Origin: Roseimaritima ulvae
GTDB lineage: Bacteria > Planctomycetota > Planctomycetia > Pirellulales > Pirellulaceae
Length of the DNA: 64,000 nt
Assembly (NCBI RefSeq): GCF_008065135.1
Contig: NZ_CP042914.1
Span: 3,699,404-3,763,403, forward strand
Direction: 5' to 3'
Of the stretch, positions 47,706 through 56,438 are shown piece after piece. A program made the translations under genes and the position numbers. Position 1 is the stretch's first letter, and the number at the start of each line of letters is the position of its first letter. A model generated the notes under the pieces. That model made no database searches. It had not been told where the DNA came from and was given only the letters and a program-made list of their open reading frames with translations.

Positions 47706-48683
47706 ATGCAATTGGACCGCACTCATGTGAGCGTTCGCGCTCGTAGTCTGGCCGAGATTGGCGACCTGTCGCTGCTGTTAGTACGTCGATATTCCGGCGC
47801 TTTGGTGGTGGGGTTTACGCTGGGCCTATTGCCTTGGGCGATCTTGAATTTTCTGTTGCTCGGCTACATCCCCATCAACGAAGCACGCGACGGGATCATC
47901 GACGAACAAACGTATTACGAACGGGCGCGATACGTGTGGCTGATGTGCGCGTTGGTGTTTTTACAAACGCCCATCGCCGGAATATTTACCACCTACTACA
48001 TCGGTCAAGCGGTGTTTGAGGAACGTCCGCCCTGGGCGACGGTGGTCAAAGCCTGTCGACAATCTCTGCTGCCGGTGTTATGGGTGCTGGGTACGCTTCG
48101 TGGCCCGCTGGTCGCGATGGCTTTGTTGGCTACCAACTGGGGCGGTGAATTCGCACCGGGACGGGAATTGTTTTGGGTGTTGGTGATCGTGTTGTGGGCG
48201 GCATTGATTCGCAGCATCCGCCCATTCATGCCGGAAATTCTGTTGCTGGAACGATGCCCGTTGCGAGCGGCCCGTGGACAGGAAACGACCATCACCGCCT
48301 CCCGTCGCAGCGGCTTGCTGCACTCGCCACTGAGCGGGGACCTGATCGGACGTTATTTGATGACGGCCATCATCGTGGCAGCCTTAGCACTCGGCGTGTT
48401 TTACGGAATCATGGCCGTTCGTGGTTTCCTCAGCACCGAATGGAACTGGACGTTGCATCTGGGCTCATTGCCGATCTCGGACGTGCAGCTGCTGTGGCTG
48501 CCGTTGGCGCTGTGGATCGTGGCGGGGCTGAGTATTTTCATGCGGTTCCTCGGTTACCTGGACGCCCGCATTCGACTGGAAGGCTGGGAAGTCGAGTTGG
48601 CCGTTCGCGCCGAAGCGCTGCGGCAGTTTGGCACCGAATCGTCCCCCGTGTTGTCGACGCCTCAAGCGGAGAACGTCGCATGA
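47706..48683 (+). CDS. Hypothetical polytopic membrane protein
   Basis: It has 7 or more hydrophobic segments. No family is recognised. Confidence 0.4.
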   Translation: MQLDRTHVSVRARSLAEIGDLSLLLVRRYSGALVVGFTLGLLPWAILNFLLLGYIPINEARDGIIDEQTYYERARYVWLMCALVFLQTPIAGIFTTYYIGQAVFEERPPWATVVKACRQSLLPVLWVLGTLRGPLVAMALLATNWGGEFAPGRELFWVLVIVLWAALIRSIRPFMPEILLLERCPLRAARGQETTITASRRSGLLHSPLSGDLIGRYLMTAIIVAALALGVFYGIMAVRGFLSTEWNWTLHLGSLPISDVQLLWLPLALWIVAGLSIFMRFLGYLDARIRLEGWEVELAVRAEALRQFGTESSPVLSTPQAENVA

Positions 48684-49555
48684 TCTGTTTCGTCACGCAC
48701 TTCGTCGCTACGCTCGCCAGAGCGTGGGGACGGACAAGTTCGCCGCGGTCAGCTGCCAGCCTACTGATCTTGCTTGCCACCGCCTTGTCGGCCGCCAGCC
48801 AGGAAACGTCCGTTCCTACCGCCGCCGAAGTCGAATCCAATATCGCGGAATCGGTTGGCGACACCGCTTGGTACGACAGCGAAACCCAGCAATTGCGTCC
48901 GGTCACCGTCCGCGAACGCATCGACGATGCCAGTAATCGCAACAGCCGCTGGCTGCCCAAACCTGAGCGAGTTAGCAGAGCGAACCCTGCCGCCGGTGGT
49001 GGCGGAGGCGGCGCGACGGGCGTGGGCACCAGCAGCGCGAGCAATATCATTGGCTGGGTTCTGATGACCTTTCTGGCGGTCCTGATGATCGGTGTGTTGG
49101 TGTACTTCTTCAGCAAGGGCGAAATGGAAGTCGACATCGGAGCGGGCAAACGCCGTAAGACGCGGCACGATCCCTTTGATCAAGACCTGACCGAACGAAT
49201 GGAACAACTGCCCGTCGAAGTTCGCCAACAGGGCAGCGACATGCGTGGCGAAGCCGAACGACGGATGCGGGCCGGTGACTTTGATACCGCCATCATCTAT
49301 TTGTTCGGGCATCAATTGCTGCAACTCGACCGCTACCAAATGTTGCGTCTCTCGCGTGGCAAAACCAATCGGCAGTACGTCCGCGAAGCCAACGCCAGCG
49401 GCGAATCCGGCCGCATCCTGCAACAAACCGTCGACAGCTTCGAAGCTTCCTACTTTGGTCGCCACGCGGTCACCGCCTCCCGTTTCGAATTTCTCTGGAA
49501 GGAAAACGAGCGACTGGAACAGCTCCTGCGTCAACATCGTGAGGCCGCCGCATGA
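48680..49555 (+). CDS. DUF4129-like protein with an N-terminal signal/TM segment. The true start is probably downstream of the REP, near 48730, and may be non-ATG.
   Basis: The C-terminal conserved region (ASYFGRHAVTASRFEFLWKE) resembles DUF4129. The first ~15 codons are REP-derived (VATLARAWG). Confidence 0.5.
   Translation: MICFVTHFVATLARAWGRTSSPRSAASLLILLATALSAASQETSVPTAAEVESNIAESVGDTAWYDSETQQLRPVTVRERIDDASNRNSRWLPKPERVSRANPAAGGGGGGATGVGTSSASNIIGWVLMTFLAVLMIGVLVYFFSKGEMEVDIGAGKRRKTRHDPFDQDLTERMEQLPVEVRQQGSDMRGEAERRMRAGDFDTAIIYLFGHQLLQLDRYQMLRLSRGKTNRQYVREANASGESGRILQQTVDSFEASYFGRHAVTASRFEFLWKENERLEQLLRQHREAAA
48703..48729. repeat. REP-B copy with a GTCGC head variant. It lies inside the 5' end of the ORF called at 48680.
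   Basis: tcgctacgctcgccagagcgtggg is identical to the 40308 copy apart from the head. Confidence 0.55.
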
Positions 49556-51015
49556 GCTCTTCGAAACACTGGACCTGGGCCGCCATGTTGGTCGGGACGC
49601 TGCTGCTGGGATGTTCACGCAGCGGTTCCCTGGATACCAGTTTTGGCGTTTCCCACGGACGCTCCGGACACAACAGCATCAACGGTTTTGGCAGCCTCCG
49701 CGAAGGCTATCACGCGGCGGGATGGGAATCACGAACCATCGGGCGGCTGGGCGACCGCATGCTGCGTCTGGACGCCATGGTCTGGACGCCCACCGAACCG
49801 GTCCGAATCTATAGCCAGGAAACCGAGTGGTTCGAGGACTGGCTCAGCGGCGGTGGCAAGACGTTGATCTATGTGCTGAACGACAGTGGCAGCGAAGCCG
49901 ACTACTGGCGCAACGCCGCTCGACTGGCCCCACCGGCACAGCGGATGGAATATCGACGGCGAGCGGCGCGAGCGGATTTTCGACGTTCCGAATTTCTGCG
50001 AACAAAATCGATCAGCCCCGGCAATGGCTGGTTTCAAATCGAGCCTCTGGACTACCCGCAACCGCTGGGAATCCCGCAAGGTCGTTGGGCGCCACGGGCT
50101 TCACAGGCACGCTCCGCCGACACCCCGCCGCCCCCGATCGAAGGATTACCGTACGGGGACCTGCAGGTGCTGTATCAGATTCAAGAGTTTGATTCCGATA
50201 AAGCTCCGGCGCCGGCCGCCCAGCCCACGGTGTTTGGGCCCGGCGTATCGGTCCAGTTGAATGACGATGAAGCAGCCTATTCGGAGACGCCCGTCCGCTT
50301 GCAAAATATGCTGTCCAGTGAGCAAAGCCTCCCCGTGGTGACTCGCATCACATCGTCGTCCTGGAAAAAGTCCCAGATCATCGTCGTCGCCGGCGGTAGT
50401 TTGCTGAGCAATTACGGGATGACCACGGAACCCGGACGGCATCTGGGCGCAAACCTGATCGCCGCCACCGGACCGGCCGGCGAAATCGGCTTTCTGATTT
50501 CCGACTCTGCGGGGGTCCGGATCTCCAACGCATTCACAGAAGAGAATCGGGCCACGGGGATGGAATTGTTGACGGTCTGGCCATTAAGCCTGGTGACGAT
50601 TCACCTGGCGCTGGTCGGCTTGGTGGTGTGTTTAATTCTGGCCCCCATCTTTGGTCGCCCACGCAACGAACAACAACCCAGCCAAAGCGACTTTGCCGAC
50701 CACATCGATGCCATCGCCACGTTGATGAAACGCATGGATAGCGACGACTATGCGCGACACCGCATCAGTGAATACATGCGGCGGGTACGCGGCGAGACCA
50801 CGGGACCGTGGGTCTTGGAGGGAGCGGTTAACGCGCCTTCGCAACAGCGTCCCGCGGCGGTTGTTCCGACGGCCGCCCTGCCGCCCTCGACCGGCCTGCC
50901 GCCGACCGAACCGCCACCACTGGCGACGGAACCACCGCCAACTCCGCCTTCGCAAACTGCTCAGGCCCCTCCGCAAACTCCACCAGACACCGCCCCCCGC
51001 TCAAACATCGAGTGA
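49552..51015 (+). CDS. DUF4350-like secreted/lipoprotein (LLLGCS lipobox) with a Pro-rich C-terminus. It has a 4-nt overlap with the upstream gene.
   Basis: The assignment rests mainly on position and size in the conserved cluster. Confidence 0.4.
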   Translation: MSSSKHWTWAAMLVGTLLLGCSRSGSLDTSFGVSHGRSGHNSINGFGSLREGYHAAGWESRTIGRLGDRMLRLDAMVWTPTEPVRIYSQETEWFEDWLSGGGKTLIYVLNDSGSEADYWRNAARLAPPAQRMEYRRRAARADFRRSEFLRTKSISPGNGWFQIEPLDYPQPLGIPQGRWAPRASQARSADTPPPPIEGLPYGDLQVLYQIQEFDSDKAPAPAAQPTVFGPGVSVQLNDDEAAYSETPVRLQNMLSSEQSLPVVTRITSSSWKKSQIIVVAGGSLLSNYGMTTEPGRHLGANLIAATGPAGEIGFLISDSAGVRISNAFTEENRATGMELLTVWPLSLVTIHLALVGLVVCLILAPIFGRPRNEQQPSQSDFADHIDAIATLMKRMDSDDYARHRISEYMRRVRGETTGPWVLEGAVNAPSQQRPAAVVPTAALPPSTGLPPTEPPPLATEPPPTPPSQTAQAPPQTPPDTAPRSNIE

Positions 51016-51030
51016 CACGAGGAGAACATC

Positions 51031-52029
51031 TTGACTCACGAATTGTATCGCCAGGCCGCTCCGCAAAGCGAAGCGTTCAGCAATCTCCGCGATCTGTACA
51101 ATGCGATTACCACCGAAGTCCGCAAGCTGTATGTCGGACAAGACGAATTGTTGCTGGGCACGTTGACCGCCTTGTTCAGCGGCGGACACGTGCTGATCGA
51201 AAGTGTGCCGGGGCTCGGCAAGACGTTGTTCGTCCGCACCTTGGGCCAGATTCTGGGTTGCCAGTTCGGGCGGGTGCAGTTCACGGCCGACTTGATGCCA
51301 TCGGACATCACTGGGGCTCCGGTGTATGACATGAAGGAATCCGAATTCCGCTTCCGTCCCGGCCCGATTTTCACGCAGTTGCTGCTGGCTGACGAAATCA
51401 ACCGTTCGCCGGCCAAAACCCACGCGGCACTGTTGGAAGTGATGCAGGAATATCGCGTCACGGTCGACGGTACCAGTCATCAAGTCCCTCGCCCCTTTCT
51501 GGTGCTGGCAACGCAAAACCCGTTGGAGAGCGAAGGCACGTACAACCTGCCGGAAGCCCAACTGGACCGGTTTATGTTCAAACTGCACGTCGACTATCCG
51601 ACGGCTGAAGAGGAAATGGATGTGCTGCGAATGCACTCCCAGCAACTGGATCTGAACGAACGGTTGCGGGAAGAAGTGCAAACGGTCACCAATCCGGAAA
51701 CGCTGGTCGCGGCGATTGGTCAGTGTGGTGGCGTGCGGATCGAAGACGGCCTGACGGACTACATCAACAAGATCGTTCGCATGACTCGGCAATGGACCGC
51801 CTTCCACATCGGCGCCTCGCCGCGAGCCGGGATCGCGCTGATGCAAGCCGCACGGACCTTGGCCGCGTTCAGCGGTCGCGACTTCGCCACCCCCGACGAC
51901 GTGGTCGAGATCGCTCTACCCGCCCTGCGGCATCGCGTGCAACTGACCGCCGAAGCGGAAGTCGAAGGCCGCGACGTGGACGAAGAATTACGGATGTTGA
52001 TCCGAGGCATCGAAGTCCCCCGCGATTGA
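51031..52029 (+). CDS. MoxR-family AAA+ ATPase
   Basis: It has GHVLIESVPGLGKT (Walker A), LLADEINRSPAKT (Walker B) and a typical ~330-aa length. Confidence 0.85.
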   Translation: MTHELYRQAAPQSEAFSNLRDLYNAITTEVRKLYVGQDELLLGTLTALFSGGHVLIESVPGLGKTLFVRTLGQILGCQFGRVQFTADLMPSDITGAPVYDMKESEFRFRPGPIFTQLLLADEINRSPAKTHAALLEVMQEYRVTVDGTSHQVPRPFLVLATQNPLESEGTYNLPEAQLDRFMFKLHVDYPTAEEEMDVLRMHSQQLDLNERLREEVQTVTNPETLVAAIGQCGGVRIEDGLTDYINKIVRMTRQWTAFHIGASPRAGIALMQAARTLAAFSGRDFATPDDVVEIALPALRHRVQLTAEAEVEGRDVDEELRMLIRGIEVPRD

Positions 52030-52145
52030 TCTGCAGTACCAGGATTTGTGAGAACGTTTCGAGTCTCCTGCGGAGACGTCTGACTTAGCAGCAATTCACC
52101 CTCCCAGAGGACGTGAAATGTTTGGACCTTCGGGCCGCTTCCTTC

Positions 52146-52896
52146 ACCCTCCTTTTTAAGGGGCGCATCCTACGAGCCGCGGCGTGAACCGCGGCGTTTA
52201 GACGAAGTACGCCGAAGGCGTTATAGCCAATAGCCGGCGGTCGAGCGCAGCGACCACCGCCGAAACAGACGCGACGAAAATCTGGCTCCCCTCTCCCCCA
52301 AGCAAGCTTGGGGTGGTGCAGTGGATATCGGATAGCCAGTTAGCTCTCCCCATCTCTTCGCGTTGGTTTCCGGAGCTTGCTTGGGGGAGAGGGGCTGGGG
52401 GTGGCCTGGTAAAAATGATTGCGTGGTGGTTGTCTAGGCGGTTTAGAAACGTCTGGGCGACACGTGTCCCCCCTCCCCCAAATATTTCGCGTCATGAATC
52501 TGGGTTGATAGAGGACTTAGTGCGCGAAATATTTGGGGGAGGGGGGACCGGAATTCGCTCGCGTACCCACGATAAAGCCAGATTGGTTCGGGGCGACCAC
52601 GACAAAGGGTTACGGATTTTTACCAGGCCACCCCCAGCCCCTCTCCCCCAAAACAAGCCTTTGCAGCGGTGTCGTTTGACCTAAAAAACGAGCGGTAGCG
52701 TTGGAATCAAACCTGTTGTTAGCAGGCTTGTTTTGGGGGAGAGGGGGGCCCGATTTTGCCCGTTTCTTTCCGGTGGTGGCGCTGCGCTGACCACCGGCTA
52801 TTGGCTGAAATTCCCTTCGGGAATAGGGCGGGAATCGTTACCGCGTCACTGTCGACTGACGCGGCTCGCAGGATGCGCCCCTTTTTAAGGAGGGTC
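52146..52896. repeat. Giant nested imperfect palindrome (~750 bp, symmetry centre ~52520). At least four pairs of long inverted repeats share the same centre and carry CCCCTCTCCCCCA/TGGGGGAGAGGGG motifs.
   Basis: The pairs are 52146-52181 with 52860-52896 (accctcctttttaaggggcgcatcctacgagccgcg), 52222-52262 with 52770-52811 (tatagccaatagccggcggtcgagcgcagcgaccacc), 52288-52310 with 52724-52752, and 52377-52416 with 52624-52660 (gcttgcttgggggagaggggctgggggtggcctggtaaaaat). A 26-bp perfect inverted repeat sits at 52466-52491 / 52521-52546. Confidence 0.8.
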
Positions 52897-52899
52897 GAG

Positions 52900-52977
52900 C
52901 CTTAGTTCCAGTTTTGCATTAAGAAAAATGCACTTCGCGAATCCTGCTCTAACAAAAAGTGCAAAACTGGAACTTAG
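52900..52977. repeat. AT-rich 18-bp perfect inverted repeat (cttagttccagttttgca ... tgcaaaactggaacttag) adjoining the giant palindrome
   Basis: Read directly. The local GC content is far below the window average. Confidence 0.7.
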
Positions 52978-53125
52978 CGAGGGGAGGTTTTTATAGTTTT
53001 TGCCGCGGCGCGGTCGCCCTCTCCTCGCTGACGCTCGACTCTCCCAGAGGGAGAGTGAAGTGAATCCGGCATTAATACACTTCACGTTCCGAAGGAGGGT
53101 AAAGAATGATGCCACAAACGCCGCC

Positions 53126-54550
53126 CTACTGCAGCTTTTCCAGATCCGCGCGGCTGTTGGCGTAGTTCTCGTTGAACGCCAAAGCTCGTGGATCAGGGGT
53201 CTGCTTCCAGCGCCGGCAGGCTTCCGCATACAGCTCCGGCCACCAGTTACGGTGTTCGGTTAAGCCTTGGTCGAGGTACTGCTGCCAGTGGCTGAGCACC
53301 TTGGACCAGCATGCATCGCCGTACCGCAGCGCTTCGTTCAGTGACTCATAGCGGGGAACGTACCACCGTCGGCCGATTTGAGCATGCAGCACTTCATCTG
53401 CCCAATCGAAGTCTTGGAACAACGCTGCCAGTGGATCTCCGCTTTCGTGCGCAATTTCGAATTCGTAACGTTTGCCAGTACGCGGCATCAACCCCTGCTC
53501 GATAAAGAACAGCACGCCGTGGCGTTCACGGGCATCCAGCTGGAGGTTCAGGTTGCGTGACCAAGTAAAGTTGATGGGGATCTTCTGCCAGTCTAGCCCC
53601 TGCGAAACGAATCCCACTTCTCCCATCATGGCATGCCGAGCTTCGTCCCACAGCTGGCGTGACATCTCCATATGAAAGGGCCAGGGCTCTTCATCTTTCA
53701 GGTCCACCAAAATGCTGGCCATCATTTCCGGAACGTCGACTTCGCGAATCCGCTTGTAGTACATCATCAACGTTTTGTCGCGAGCCGTATACGACTCGTC
53801 ATACAGAAACGCTTCCGGGTTGACGCCCGCGTTATAGGGATCGCTAAAGCGTTCGTCGCGTTGCGGTTCCGCCTGGTACTGATAGGGCGGATGGTTTTGC
53901 CAGGGATCGGGAATCTCCCCCAGCTCATCCTGCGTGCCATCCAACTGCCCAGCAGCCGCTAGATAGCGATCCAAGTGCTCGAGCCACGGCTGCAAGGAAG
54001 GTTCCTCGTCTTGGTCTACCAGACAAGCCACCGCTTGGTCCCCATAGTCGGCAACCTCTTGAAGCTCAAAAACCATCCATTTGGCAACTCGCACGGTAGG
54101 AGCATCGGCCAAGGGATGTGCGTCACGCTGCAATCGTTGACAAGCTTCCAACACCGCGCGGACCGCATGTTGATAGACCGCGACCAATAGAGCGGGTGTG
54201 GTGGGCGCTGCGATGATTTCGTCCAACCAAGCTTCCAGGGCGGGATGAGGCACTTTGTCTAAACCCAGCGGAGGCTCACGCATCTCGCCGACGCGTTGAC
54301 GAATGAGCGATACGTGTTCGGCAAACAGATAAGCGTGATGCGCAAACGCCGTCTTGAGTTCATAGATCGGTTCGGCGGTCAGTCGGGCGGTCAACGTCTC
54401 GTGCAGACGCTTGAGCACATAGTGCAGCCGTTTCAGCCGCGAGACACTTTCATCCAGCGACCAATTGCTTTCAACGGCTCGCTGCATCGAACAAAGTCCG
54501 GCCAAGGCAGGCAAGCCGCGATAGGTTTGATAGTTTTCCGGAGAAGTCAT
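53126..54550 (-). CDS. Hypothetical ferritin-like (diiron-carboxylate type) protein, 474 aa
   Basis: Two E-x-x-H motifs (WDEARHAMMGE, ADEVLHAQIG) are spaced as in diiron four-helix-bundle proteins. There is no closer family call. Confidence 0.35.
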   Translation of the reverse strand: MTSPENYQTYRGLPALAGLCSMQRAVESNWSLDESVSRLKRLHYVLKRLHETLTARLTAEPIYELKTAFAHHAYLFAEHVSLIRQRVGEMREPPLGLDKVPHPALEAWLDEIIAAPTTPALLVAVYQHAVRAVLEACQRLQRDAHPLADAPTVRVAKWMVFELQEVADYGDQAVACLVDQDEEPSLQPWLEHLDRYLAAAGQLDGTQDELGEIPDPWQNHPPYQYQAEPQRDERFSDPYNAGVNPEAFLYDESYTARDKTLMMYYKRIREVDVPEMMASILVDLKDEEPWPFHMEMSRQLWDEARHAMMGEVGFVSQGLDWQKIPINFTWSRNLNLQLDARERHGVLFFIEQGLMPRTGKRYEFEIAHESGDPLAALFQDFDWADEVLHAQIGRRWYVPRYESLNEALRYGDACWSKVLSHWQQYLDQGLTEHRNWWPELYAEACRRWKQTPDPRALAFNENYANSRADLEKLQ

Positions 54551-54627
54551 CGCCGATACGCTTTTAGAGAGGGACGAATGGATTCTGTCAGCTTAGCGAA
54601 ACGCGGGCCACCGCGGGGGGCAGCGCA

Positions 54628-54724
54628 CGTAGCTACCGTCGCCAGACGGTGGTTTCGCTGTAGCTACCGTCGCCAGACGGTGGTTCCGCTGTAGTCCCCC
54701 CACGCTCTGGCGAGCGTAGCTACG
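54628..54724. repeat. REP-B cluster (two + copies, one - copy)
   Basis: The sequence is cgtagctaccgtcgccagacggtgg x2 ... ccacgctctggcgagcgtagctacg. Confidence 0.7.
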
Positions 54725-54734
54725 CAGAATGTGC

Positions 54735-56109
54735 TCAGCGCGACGCCGCTTTCGCGATACTTTCATAATGTTTTTGCTGCAGCGCTTGCAACGTTTGAAC
54801 AATCTCTGGATGGTCGGCGGCGAGGTTCTTGGTTTCGCCGATATCCTGCTTCAAATTTGCCAGAAACAATTTGTCGACGTTCACGCGGCGTTGGCGATCG
54901 GTCGTGTCTCGAGCATTCCCGAGCAGCTTCCAGTCGCCTTGGCGAACCGCCCACTGCGCATTTTTCCCGCCGCCCAGTTGCCAATAGAAATGATCGTGAG
55001 GACTCTCCGCGTCTTGGTTCTTTAACACCGCCGCCAAACTTTTGCCGTCCAGGTGATGCTCGGGAAGTTCGATGCCGCAGAGCTCGGCGATTGTTGGGAA
55101 CCAGTCGCAGCCGGTCGCCAGCTGATCACGGGTTTCGTTTTGGGGGATCGTGCCGGGCATCGAAACCACCGAGGGAACCCGCAGGCCGCCCTCGAACAGA
55201 CTGGCCTTGGCACCTCGGTACGGTCCCGCGTTGCCGCCACCCCAAAACGCTCTTTCCTCGGTTGAATGTCCGTGGTCGGATTGCACCACGATCAGCGTGT
55301 TCTCCCGCAAGCCCAACTGATCCAGCGTGCCGATCAAATCACCGATCTTTTCGTCTACGGTCGAAACAAATTCGGCATACTGACGGCGGGGAGAAGGCAA
55401 GTCCTTGTAGTGTTCACGCCACTTGCTGGTGCCTTGCATCGGGTAGTGCGGCGCGTTGATTGCCCAGTACATGAAAAACGGACCATCGCGATTCGCTTTG
55501 ATAAACTGCTGACCTTCCTCCACCATCAGGTCTAAGAAAAACTGCCCATCGCGAAAGATCTCCTTGCCGTCCCGCCAAAGATCATGACGGTTGGGGCCGT
55601 TCCAGTAGAAGAAGTGGGAATAGTTGTCGATGCAACCACCCATGTGCCCGAAGGAGGAATCGAATCCCTGTCCGTTTGGCATCGTCTCCGGTGTATACCC
55701 TAGATGCCACTTGCCAACGTGCCCGGTGGCGTATCCGGCCGACTTCATCAGCTCGGCGATCGTCATTTCCGAGCTCGGCATGCCGGGATGCCCCTTGCCC
55801 GACGAAACGTTGCTGGGGACTCCGGCGCGTGCCGGGAAACGACCGGTCATCAAACCGGCTCGCGATGACGAACAAATCGCCGAGGGGGAGTACATCTGTG
55901 TAAACCGCACGCCTTGGCTGGCCAATTCATCCAGCTGCGGGGTGTGCAGGTCCCGGGAACCGTAGCAGTTCAAGTCGAGACTTCCCTGATCATCGGTGTA
56001 GATAATGATCACATTCGGTCTTGCGTCCGCAGCACCCACGCGCGGTAGCCGCGACACGGCATGCACCAGAACAACGAAAGACAGTAAACACAGCAGGTTT
56101 CGGATCACG
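54735..56109 (-). CDS. Secreted sulfatase (arylsulfatase / GALNS-like). The ORF track extends to 56414 through a REP palindrome. The start is probably a GTG near 56108 (VIRNLLCLLSFVVLV signal).
   Basis: It has sulfatase signature II (GYATGHVGKWHLG) and signature I with an unusual Ser at the Pro position (AICSSSRAGLMTG). Confidence 0.75.
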
Positions 56110-56174
56110 AAGTTTGACTCCAAAGGGGTAGCAGCAAGCGGATGTCCACGCCCAACAAAACGCAGTGGCCGCTG

Positions 56175-56241
56175 CCGTAGCCGAACTCGCCAGAGTTTGG
56201 ACGTTGGGTTGACCGTCCAAACTCTGGCGAGTTCGGCTACG
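56175..56241. repeat. REP-B inverted pair forming a perfect 28-bp-armed palindrome (REPIN-like doublet)
   Basis: The sequence is ccgtagccgaactcgccagagtttggacg-ttgggttgac-cgtccaaactctggcgagttcggctacg. Confidence 0.8.
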
Positions 56242-56438
56242 TGTGCGCGGTCGTCACGTGTTGTTGGGCGACGGGGTGCACATTGTAACATCGACAGATT
56301 CGTTCCGACCGGGGCAGATGATTTTAGTCTTCTAAACAGCGCCGTTTCGTTAACGCTCAGGGTTTGCCGCCCGCACCGCCGAAACCTACCGATGAACAGT
56401 CTGTTTGCGATCATTGGTTATTTTTGGAGCTGCGTTGG

